A DNA stretch of 64,000 bases, from the NCBI GenBank assembly GCA_963760615.1, contig CAVXDX010000014.1, positions 32,001-96,000 on the forward strand, read 5' to 3'. Source of the stretch: an uncultured Candidatus Micrarchaeota archaeon (lineage in GTDB: Archaea; Micrarchaeota; Micrarchaeia; Burarchaeales; Fermentimicrarchaeaceae). Position numbers and translations under genes: made by a program. Shown in pieces: positions 47,638 through 55,518 of this stretch. The notes beneath the pieces were generated by a model. It searched no databases. It was not told the origin of the DNA and worked only from the letters and a program-made list of their open reading frames with translations. Within the stretch, counting starts at the first letter, position 1. The number at the start of each line of letters is the position of its first letter.

Positions 47638-47829
47638 GTTAATGCTTTCTGCGTTAATTGTTTAAATATTTACTCCTCGGCAGACGAATTCTGCCAAGGC
47701 GTGCTTTATCCTGTTTATCAAGGTGTCAGAATTTCTAGGAAGGACAGGGTGCTGTTGTTGTCATGCAACTGACATTGTATTGTAATCTGCTCTGCTAGAT
47801 ATACTAGACAAAAGCAATTTTAAATGTGG

Positions 47830-47954
47830 GGGGATTTCGGAACTCGTAGACAGATGCTCGGTCGGAGCACTGAGCCATAGGCTCAGTTCCTCACTTTTGC
47901 GGAATATATTCTTGTTCCCGACATGGTTCAGCCTGTGAGCTTTATAAAGACTGC
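47830..47954 (+). repeat. att site 5: class B arm, core (47859-47869) and conserved right arm
   Basis: GAACTCGTAGACA..GCT-core-CTGAGCCATAGGCTCA..CTTGTTCCC..GGTTC..TTTATAAAGACTGC. Confidence 0.9.
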
Positions 47955-48082
47955 GTCTATGGAAGCAATTTTGTCATCTAGCTGATAATTTGACCGGCTT
48001 GTTGAATTGGTTGTTTTGTGCCTTGATAATCGGTGTTGTAAAGATGATACTTATTTTAATGGAGAAAGAGTAAGATAACTTA

Positions 48083-48847
48083 ATGACAACCAAGCAGAAA
48101 CAGCCCAGCGAGGAGAATTTTAACCAGTTTAGGAAGGAACTGGATAAGAGAGTTTCTCAAGAAATTATGCAGAATCAGAATCAAAATATAGAGAATATAA
48201 TGACCTGGTTTGGAAGGCATCCATGGGCAACCTTGCAATTCGGCAAGAGATTGTCAGAATTCAAAGACTCAAATGAGATAATCAGGGTCAACAACATAGG
48301 CATAGGAATTAGAGGTATAGGGGATGAAGGAGAGCGGGTACCACCTAATATGAAATCTCACTATATTTCGTACGAACCTTTAGAGCTGCTCAACCAAGCA
48401 GCTAAGATTCTGGAGCCAAAACAGCTGATATTTTATGCAGCAGATACACGAATGGATACACTATTGCATCTTAAATCAACAAAAACCGTACGGATGCATG
48501 AATACCTGCACAGAGAGTATTTCAAGGCATTTTTTCCCGAAGTCTTGCACAGGAAAGAGGGGGATAACATCGCAGTGGATATACCGGAAGAGTGGAAGGA
48601 CAGGATAGTCTATCTCAAGCTCAATATCCTAAAACAGCCAGCACCGGTCAAGGCGCATGTAACATTCTCATACATCCTAGACCTTTACCAGAGGCCTGAG
48701 TATTTTGAGAACCTTGTTGCAAGCACGAAGAGGGGAGGCTATGTGTTCTGCGCAGCGGGACCGAGGGATGAAACACTCAAGAAATTAAATGTTGAGTGGA
48801 TACACCCCGTGAGATATCCTGAGCCCGGCTTATTGCACCTCAGATAG
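48083..48847 (+). CDS. Divergent CheR-like SAM-methyltransferase-fold protein
   Basis: TWFGRHP, NIGIG, YAADTRMDTL, AFFP, AHVTFSYI, TKRGGYV. Confidence 0.55.
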   Translation: MTTKQKQPSEENFNQFRKELDKRVSQEIMQNQNQNIENIMTWFGRHPWATLQFGKRLSEFKDSNEIIRVNNIGIGIRGIGDEGERVPPNMKSHYISYEPLELLNQAAKILEPKQLIFYAADTRMDTLLHLKSTKTVRMHEYLHREYFKAFFPEVLHRKEGDNIAVDIPEEWKDRIVYLKLNILKQPAPVKAHVTFSYILDLYQRPEYFENLVASTKRGGYVFCAAGPRDETLKKLNVEWIHPVRYPEPGLLHLR

Positions 48848-48886
48848 TATAGTTGATGCTTATTTGAGTGAGGTTTGTGAATAGTA

Positions 48887-48923
48887 GCAACCTGAGCCCT
48901 TGCCTCTGGTTGCGGTCGGAGCA
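48887..48923 (+). repeat. att site 6 (outermost attR): class A arm plus core
   Basis: Identical to 44881-44917; not followed by an element arm. Confidence 0.92.
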
Positions 48924-48956
48924 TTTATGATTTAAGTGCTCTGGCTTGCAATGGGA

Positions 48957-49946
48957 CTACGTACCGAAAGGAAAGCTGCCAACATCTGCAGTATTGGTAT
49001 AGCCCCTCGACTCCCAGTAGCCCTCAACTTCCTTGTCAACAACTTCGATGCTAGTTATCCACTTCGCCCACTTGTAACCGTACTTGTGCTCCGCAACAAG
49101 CTGGAATGGGAAGCCTCTCTCGGGGGGAAGTGTAACATCGTTGATGCCGTATGCCAAGAGCAACCGCTTGCTTCTTATGTAATCCAAGGGCAGCCCTGTT
49201 GAGTAGCCATCGGAGGAATGAAAAACCACGTATGCTGCATTGGGTTTAAGTTTTGCGCGGTCTAGCAGATCTGTCAAGCGGAATCCAGTCCACTTTGCAG
49301 TGAACCCCCATCCCTCCACGCATGGCATATAGGCAACCTCCGAGTAAGCAGGCAGCTTCAGCAGCTCATCATAGGAAAGGTTAAGCTCATCTTCAACCAA
49401 GCCGGTCAGCTGAAGCCTGTAAGCTTTCCTGTCTATGTACTGCGTCCCCAGAATTGCATTGTTCCCCTGCTCGCTGAGGAGAGTTAGTTTCATACCCTGG
49501 AATTCCTTTGCCTCAACCTCTGGCAGAGTGCTTGAAGCTGGAACCTGCAGAGTTTGATTCTGGGGGGCTAACTGCCCAGGCACAGTATTCACCAGACCGG
49601 TAAGTAGCATCACTCCACCCAGAAGTGATGCAAAAGCCAGAGCGGCAGCAAGATAGCCGACCCAGTAGTGCTGCGCAGATCTTTTCTTGGAGACTGCAAT
49701 ACTAGCAAGGTTATAAAGAGAAACTAGCAATGCGGCTGTTCCAAGCCAAATGTGGAGTTTGTGCATATCCCAACCAGCAAGGTTAAAATTACCTTCATAA
49801 ATGTAGCCTATGAGTCCGATTATTGCAAAGAAAGCCATTGCATAGCCAATGATTTTGTGCTGGTTTTTATTCTTTACAAAAACAAGCAGGATGGTTAAAA
49901 TTGCAGCAATGGCAGAAGGAATCCAGTGCAGCTCTGAGAATACCAT
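48957..49946 (-). CDS. Membrane-anchored molybdopterin oxidoreductase (MsrP/sulfite oxidase family)
   Basis: Four N-terminal TMs; PCVEGW, DGYSTGL, LPPERGFP, YGYKWAKW, GYWESRGY. Confidence 0.88.
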   Translation of the reverse strand: MVFSELHWIPSAIAAILTILLVFVKNKNQHKIIGYAMAFFAIIGLIGYIYEGNFNLAGWDMHKLHIWLGTAALLVSLYNLASIAVSKKRSAQHYWVGYLAAALAFASLLGGVMLLTGLVNTVPGQLAPQNQTLQVPASSTLPEVEAKEFQGMKLTLLSEQGNNAILGTQYIDRKAYRLQLTGLVEDELNLSYDELLKLPAYSEVAYMPCVEGWGFTAKWTGFRLTDLLDRAKLKPNAAYVVFHSSDGYSTGLPLDYIRSKRLLLAYGINDVTLPPERGFPFQLVAEHKYGYKWAKWITSIEVVDKEVEGYWESRGYTNTADVGSFPFGT

Positions 49947-49954
49947 GTCTAGGT

Positions 49955-50623
49955 TTACTCCGGCATATGGCTGCCATCGCAGAATGGCTTGTTTGAAGAC
50001 TTACCACAGCGGCATAGAGTGACTCTGTTGCGGATTTCATAGGTGAAGCCATCGCAGGATTCTATTGGAATACCTCCGCGCACCCAGATGGGACCGCCGG
50101 CTCGTGCCTGTGGGTCCTCCACTAGACCGATGGATTTCTCAAATATGGGCTCGATGGCTTTTCCGGTTTTTTTATCATGAACTACAAGTCTGCCAGAAGG
50201 ACAGTTTACTGCCTCCTCTATTGCAAGCTTTACAGCATTGTCTTCATTCTGCATCACAAGCTCCCAAACTCCACTTGCTCTGTCGCAGAAACGGGCTACG
50301 GCGCAAAGTTCCTCGGCATCAGTCAACTTAAGAGCCGGGCCTTGGATTACTTCGGCACGCTTTGCATAAGGCTCTCTGCCCGCAGTCTCAGTTCCGTCAA
50401 ATTTCACCTTGGCGTGCGTCCCGTCACAGAATGGCTTGTTTTTGGACTGCCCGCAGCGGCAAAGGTAGTAATTTTCCTGTATTGGGTATTTCTCCCCCTC
50501 GCGCCATTCACAGGGATAGCCGTTGGAGTCAAGTATAATCATCTGTTTTGCAAGCGGTATTCCACCAGAAACAGAGTAAGGCCCATCCTTGATTAATTTA
50601 ATCCTATAATTCAATCCAGCCAC
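49955..50623 (-). CDS. CDGSH iron-sulfur protein (two CDGSH motifs plus divergent ferredoxin-like segment)
   Basis: LCRCGQSKNKPFCDGTH, CAVARFC..CPSGRL, LCRCGKSSNKPFCDGSH. Confidence 0.93.
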   Translation of the reverse strand: MAGLNYRIKLIKDGPYSVSGGIPLAKQMIILDSNGYPCEWREGEKYPIQENYYLCRCGQSKNKPFCDGTHAKVKFDGTETAGREPYAKRAEVIQGPALKLTDAEELCAVARFCDRASGVWELVMQNEDNAVKLAIEEAVNCPSGRLVVHDKKTGKAIEPIFEKSIGLVEDPQARAGGPIWVRGGIPIESCDGFTYEIRNRVTLCRCGKSSNKPFCDGSHMPE

Positions 50624-50810
50624 TGCAACACCCCGGGTATTCTATTGGTGTTGAATATTAATAAAGCTGCTTGGAGATGAACTTAATTTGCTAGTCTAGC
50701 TTTCCAAGAAAAGGCATTTCATTTTCAGATAACTCATAGTTATCCAAATTTTTAAGATTTTCAGACAATATAAACTAGGCAGAAGGATTCAGTTTTTTTG
50801 CTACATGCCA

Positions 50811-50936
50811 CTAGCTTTCAACTCTCGCAGGGCCGATGAGTAATTCTTCCACATCTCTTATGCAACTCCCACAATACACAAATGACCTATCCCTCTCAGG
50901 GTCGAACAATCTACCGCAGCATGCACATTTTTTCAT
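50811..50936 (-). CDS. 41-aa zinc-finger microprotein (not in ORF track)
   Basis: MKKCACCGRLFDPERDRSFVYCGSCIRDVEELLIGPARVES with GGAGGTGG RBS. Confidence 0.65.
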   Translation of the reverse strand: MKKCACCGRLFDPERDRSFVYCGSCIRDVEELLIGPARVES

Positions 50937-51117
50937 GTGCCTCACCACCTCCATAGCAGATTATAACTAAGTTATATTTATAACTTTACTGGCAAAATGT
51001 GCAAATTTTCCAAATTTTAATGGTTATATGCAGTAATTTTAGTAAAATTTACAATATTATTCAAATAAATTAGAAAAAGTATATCCCGCCGTAATAAGTT
51101 TTTCTCTGAATCTTTTT

Positions 51118-52191
51118 TCAGATTCTTTTTTCTATTAGTTTTGCTAATTCGTTATAAGACTGGCTTTCAGCGGAGTAGAGCACAAAGCTGGAGTAAACAA
51201 ACCTAAGTTCATCTTTCGTGATTTCTTTCCTAGTCTCAAGGTACTTTTTCAGAAATAGCTTCTGATTCTCTACAGAATTCAAGGACAAATTTTCTGACAT
51301 ATTACAGACAGATTTGAGCACATTGCTGATATCCTGCCAGTTATTGGGCTTGGAGGACTTGGTTATTTTTCTGTTATCGGTAAACCCACCATCCAGTGTC
51401 AGGTTCTGCCCTATAAGATGCCTGTGGGACAGACCCAGGTTATGCAGTTTTGCTACATTAATTGCCTCGCTTTCCGCCCACCAGCGTGCGTACCTGCCAA
51501 CTTTCATCCCTCGCCCCGTGGCAAATTTTTCAAAATCTTCTGGCATTGCCTCGTCCACTCTAATCAACTCAGAGAAAGCTCTGAGATACAACACAGGCTG
51601 AAAATCCTTGAAGATATCCTTCAATTCCTCAACCTTCAGTTTCTTCCCATCCGCCATTATTACTTCGTCAATTATTATTATAGCAATTGGGGCAGAAGTG
51701 TTTATTCCATTTTTAACGAGTATATTGCTTTTTCTCATGTCTTCAAGTGCAGATTTTAGGTCTACCGCTCCCCAGATGACTACGCCGCATTTTTCTATAG
51801 TCTCCTTATGGGCGAATAGGACTTTTTGGGGCATTCCCACCCCTTTGATGTCTATGTAGCTGTATGTATTCTTGAGTTTGTCTGCGAATACGACGTTAAA
51901 AAAGACTGACCTTCCATGCTCGAGCATACCCTGCATGTCAACGCTTGCATCCTCTGTACCTGCATATTTTCTGCTCCAGTCAACAAAAACGGCCAAAATC
52001 TTATCAAGAGTCTTGTTGTTTATAGGAAGAGTGTTGAAAAGCTCATAGTTGAATTCGAAAATCCTGCCTTTTACGCGAGCCATCGGTTGATCGAAGATCT
52101 GCTCCTTTATTATTTTGTTTGCAGGGAGCGGAACCATGCGATTGACACTCTGCTGTATGTCATCGTCAGGTTTCTTCACAAACTTCTCCAT
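51118..52191 (-). CDS. SelO-like protein-kinase-fold protein
   Basis: IDIKGVG, G.VDLKSALED..SNIL..NGINT, LHNLGLSHRHLIGQNLTLDG.FTD. Confidence 0.55.
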   Translation of the reverse strand: MEKFVKKPDDDIQQSVNRMVPLPANKIIKEQIFDQPMARVKGRIFEFNYELFNTLPINNKTLDKILAVFVDWSRKYAGTEDASVDMQGMLEHGRSVFFNVVFADKLKNTYSYIDIKGVGMPQKVLFAHKETIEKCGVVIWGAVDLKSALEDMRKSNILVKNGINTSAPIAIIIIDEVIMADGKKLKVEELKDIFKDFQPVLYLRAFSELIRVDEAMPEDFEKFATGRGMKVGRYARWWAESEAINVAKLHNLGLSHRHLIGQNLTLDGGFTDNRKITKSSKPNNWQDISNVLKSVCNMSENLSLNSVENQKLFLKKYLETRKEITKDELRFVYSSFVLYSAESQSYNELAKLIEKRI

Positions 52192-52315
52192 AAGTAGATT
52201 AGCTTTTTCCAGTAATATAATGCTTTCTTCACTTGAGGAGCAGGAGCCGATCTTTCAGCAGCGGGTCATTCCTGGCTCTAGAAGAAGCTTTTGCATAATC
52301 TGCATGATTCGGCTA

Positions 52316-53014
52316 TTACCTCAGCGGGGGCAGGCCATAGAAGAAACGGTTGTCCTCAGGCACATCTCTGAATTTGCGCAGCCTGTTAGCAATTGCAACG
52401 CAGTCTTCTACCGCCCTTGCAGTCTCCTCCCTATTTGTCGGGAATACTTCTATCTCAACAAACATGATTTTCCCTTCGGATATATTCAAAAGACCTCTCC
52501 TCGCAATATGGCCCGTGGAACTGTATTCCCTGTCCCTCTCATTAACTTTTTGATTTAAAACCTGGATTGGAACCTTTTTCAATCCGCTTTCAGCTAACCC
52601 CTCAAGTATATCAGAAACCGACTCTTCAACCTCGCCGGGAAATTTTTTTACACACGCAATATCCTGGCACTGTACCGTGGCATCCGAAAGATGCATGCTT
52701 AAAACGCTCACTACAGGCTTGAAACCTCCTTTTTCAGATTTCTCCAAGCCGACATCGCTTGCAGTGGGTTGGCGGCAGTTCACGCACACAATCATGTCGG
52801 CACTGTCTTTTGCATGGTCAAACACAAGTGCCATATTGACGGCCTTCTGCTCTATGCTCCTAGCGATTGGACCGCGAATCACCTGAAAGTGATTGTTGTG
52901 CAGTTCTTGTGAAAGCCTGTTTGCAAACTCCGGGTTTTCGCCGCGGTTTATGCTCACCAGTGTCTTGTACTCCCGCGCTTCACTGCCTGCTAGGTTTTTC
53001 TGTGCTAGCGACAT
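52316..53014 (-). CDS. Hypothetical protein (232 aa)
   Basis: Long ORF, no motif recognised. Confidence 0.6.
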   Translation of the reverse strand: MSLAQKNLAGSEAREYKTLVSINRGENPEFANRLSQELHNNHFQVIRGPIARSIEQKAVNMALVFDHAKDSADMIVCVNCRQPTASDVGLEKSEKGGFKPVVSVLSMHLSDATVQCQDIACVKKFPGEVEESVSDILEGLAESGLKKVPIQVLNQKVNERDREYSSTGHIARRGLLNISEGKIMFVEIEVFPTNREETARAVEDCVAIANRLRKFRDVPEDNRFFYGLPPLR

Positions 53015-53108
53015 GGGGGTTATTACTCATTATTAGTATTTATACACCTAGTATACTACTCTACTTGGAATTCAATTTAAAAAGGGAATGTGGTATCTAC
53101 TCTAAAAA

Positions 53109-53624
53109 TCATCTCTTCAGTTTTACTGTAGAATCCACAAGGTTTATGATTCTCTCCCTTATCTTCTCATTCTTTAGATTTCCACCATCAAAGTCCTCAT
53201 CAATTGAGAAGACAGGCCTTGGGTTGCTGAGTATGTTGAAGTAGTTCACCAACGCAACAAGATGCCCCCTCACCTGCTGGTGTGTTCCTGCATTGTTTGA
53301 CTTTATTATGAAACCTGCAACGCTCTTCTCAAGCGCTTTGTAGTTGACATGCTCGAAGAGGTTTTTTACCCCAGAGCCGAGGAGGGCATCGTAAACCGGG
53401 GAGCCTATGATGAAGACGTCAGCGCTTTCCATGAACTTGACTATATCTGTTGTTTCCTTGCTGTAATTTTCCTCAAATCCTCTGAAGGGCTCTATGTCGT
53501 TTTTGCCCAGGTCTATGTACTCGACATCTTGGTATTTCTCCTTTGCGTATTGGAATGCTATATCTGTCAGCTTTCTAGTCAGAGAATCCTTCCTCCTGCT
53601 GCCGCAGATGATGAGAATCTTCAT
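53109..53624 (-). CDS. NAD(P)H-dependent FMN reductase
   Basis: ICGSRRKDSLT, SPVYD..GVKNLFE. Confidence 0.9.
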   Translation of the reverse strand: MKILIICGSRRKDSLTRKLTDIAFQYAKEKYQDVEYIDLGKNDIEPFRGFEENYSKETTDIVKFMESADVFIIGSPVYDALLGSGVKNLFEHVNYKALEKSVAGFIIKSNNAGTHQQVRGHLVALVNYFNILSNPRPVFSIDEDFDGGNLKNEKIRERIINLVDSTVKLKR

Positions 53625-53629
53625 GGCAA

Positions 53630-54229
53630 CTACCTCTCCATCCTTTTCTCAACTTCATCCCAGTTAACTATATTCCAGAATGTCTCGACAAATTTGCCTC
53701 TGTCATTCTTGTAGTCTATGTAGTAGGCGTGCTCAAACACGTCAAGAACCATCAGAATTTTGTAAGTCGGGTAGACATTCGTATTGTGCTTCTCTATCTG
53801 CATTATGATGGGTCTGTCCTGCTCGGAAAAGCTCAGGGCTGCCCAGCCAGAGCCCTCCACGCTCATTGCAGCCTGCGAGAACTCCTTCCTGAATCTCTCA
53901 AAGCTTCCGAACTCCTTATTTATGGAGTCAGCCAGCATTCCTCCAGGCTTTCCGCTCTTTGCAGAAGGAGTTAGATTGCTCCAGAAGAGTGAGTGGAGAA
54001 GATGCCCTCCTATATTGAAGGAGAGCTCCTTCAGCGTGGATTTCATATCTACATCTGTTCCTTCCCTCCTAGCCTTGTCAAACTTCTCAAAAATAGCATT
54101 CGCACCGTTGACATACGCCTGATGGTGCTTCTGGTGGTGTATTGTGAGCTGCTGCTCAGAGATGTAGGGAGCCAAATCCTTGTAATCGTAATTCAGTTTC
54201 GGTAGAGAATACCATTTAGAAGCCTCCAT
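53630..54229 (-). CDS. sod: Fe/Mn superoxide dismutase
   Basis: [29 protein letters not shown]. Confidence 0.97.
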   Translation of the reverse strand: MEASKWYSLPKLNYDYKDLAPYISEQQLTIHHQKHHQAYVNGANAIFEKFDKARREGTDVDMKSTLKELSFNIGGHLLHSLFWSNLTPSAKSGKPGGMLADSINKEFGSFERFRKEFSQAAMSVEGSGWAALSFSEQDRPIIMQIEKHNTNVYPTYKILMVLDVFEHAYYIDYKNDRGKFVETFWNIVNWDEVEKRMER

Positions 54230-54577
54230 AAACTCACCCCAATATCAATTGCGGAATGTTTTATTTAAACCTTTTTGTAAAGGCAGTAGTGGAGACGGTA
54301 TAGTATGCTATATTTGATGGCAGTTTTTATACCACTCAATACCGTAGATTTATGGGAAGTTTTTGAAATAGCATATACGGCGTAGAACCAAAAAATCTTA
54401 CAAAAAATGCCCTCGTAACCGAAAAGTATTTATATAAGTTATGCTCTATCATTTAAAAAGGTTGTGCTCTTTTTCGAGGTGAACAAAGAGCTTAGAAAAC
54501 CTGATCGAAACCAATGATTGGGATGATTAGGGTAAGGATTCTCCCTGTATACAGGGAGGTAAAATAGAGGTGTTGTA

Positions 54578-55483
54578 ATGGAAGAAAAATGCCCAGAATG
54601 TGGGAGCAAAAAGCTTACGAGGGACTACGAGAGGGGAGAGCTCGTGTGCGGCGACTGCGGGCTTATAGTGGCAGACAATATAGTGGATTCCGGTCCTGAG
54701 TGGAGGGCTTTCGATGCAGAACAGAGGGAGAAGAGGGCAAGAGGTGGAGCGCCGGTAAAGTATATGAGGCCCAATAAGGGTCTTGTTACAGAAATTGACC
54801 AGTATAACAGGGATATAAGAGGTGCAAAAATTCCCTCAAAGAAGCAGGCTCAGTTATACAGGATGAGGAAGTGGCATAAGAGGGCCAGCATAGCTTCTTC
54901 AATGGAGAGGAACCTTGCCATTGCTTTGAGCGAGTTGGACAGGATAGCTTCCTACCTTGGCCTGCCAGAGAGCATCAGGGAGTCTTCAGCATTGCTCTAC
55001 AGGAAATGCATTGAGAAAGGTTTGATAAGGGGAAGGCTGATTGAGAGCGTTGTTTCAGCAGTGCTTTACGCTGTTTGCAGGACCTATGGAATACCCAGGA
55101 CTCTGGACGAGATTTCCGAAATCTCTGGGGTGGAGAAGAAGGAAATTGGCCGAACCTACAGGTTCATAACGCATGAGCTGGATTTGAAGGTTCCTCTGAC
55201 AGACCCTACACACTATGTGCCCAGGTTCACGGCAGCACTGAGGCTTTCAGGGCAGGTGCAGGAGAAAGCAATAAACCTGCTCAAGAAGGCAATTCAGAAA
55301 GGGCTCATTTCCGGAAGGGGTCCAACCGGAGTTGCGGCTGCGGCTGTGTATATAGCCAGCGCAATGGTCGGGGAAAGGAGAACCCAGAAGGAAGTGGCAG
55401 ATGTTGCCGGTGTGACTGAGGTCACGATAAGGAACAGGTACAGAGAGCTCAAGAAGGAACTTGGCCTGAAAATAGCGCTCTAG
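54578..55483 (+). CDS. tfb: Transcription initiation factor IIB
   Basis: CPECG..CGDCG ribbon, GPEWRAF, two cyclin repeats, [14 protein letters not shown]. Confidence 0.97.
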   Translation: MEEKCPECGSKKLTRDYERGELVCGDCGLIVADNIVDSGPEWRAFDAEQREKRARGGAPVKYMRPNKGLVTEIDQYNRDIRGAKIPSKKQAQLYRMRKWHKRASIASSMERNLAIALSELDRIASYLGLPESIRESSALLYRKCIEKGLIRGRLIESVVSAVLYAVCRTYGIPRTLDEISEISGVEKKEIGRTYRFITHELDLKVPLTDPTHYVPRFTAALRLSGQVQEKAINLLKKAIQKGLISGRGPTGVAAAAVYIASAMVGERRTQKEVADVAGVTEVTIRNRYRELKKELGLKIAL

Positions 55484-55518
55484 GGAGCGCTATTCCCCCT
55501 TTATTTTTTTATTTCGTT

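Larger units (their letters stand above)
46064..47869. mobile_element. Cassette C (1806 bp), two exported-protein genes
   Basis: Between cores at 46053 and 47859. Confidence 0.75.
47870..48923. mobile_element. Cassette D (1054 bp), single CheR-like gene
   Basis: Same arm pair as the large element and cassette A. Confidence 0.8.

Noticed and set aside
47638-47829. Small ORF or RNA upstream of cassette C genes
   Set aside because: Only very short reading frames without an RBS; most likely promoter/leader sequence.
43612-48923. CRISPR array interpretation of the recurring repeat
   Set aside because: Intervals are 1.0-1.8 kb and contain whole genes, the repeat core is a tRNA 3' end, and no cas genes are present.
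54230-54577. Chromosomal origin or RNA gene in the sod-tfb gap
   Set aside because: AT-rich with TATA-like boxes, as expected for a divergent promoter region; no ORB repeats or structured RNA recognised.
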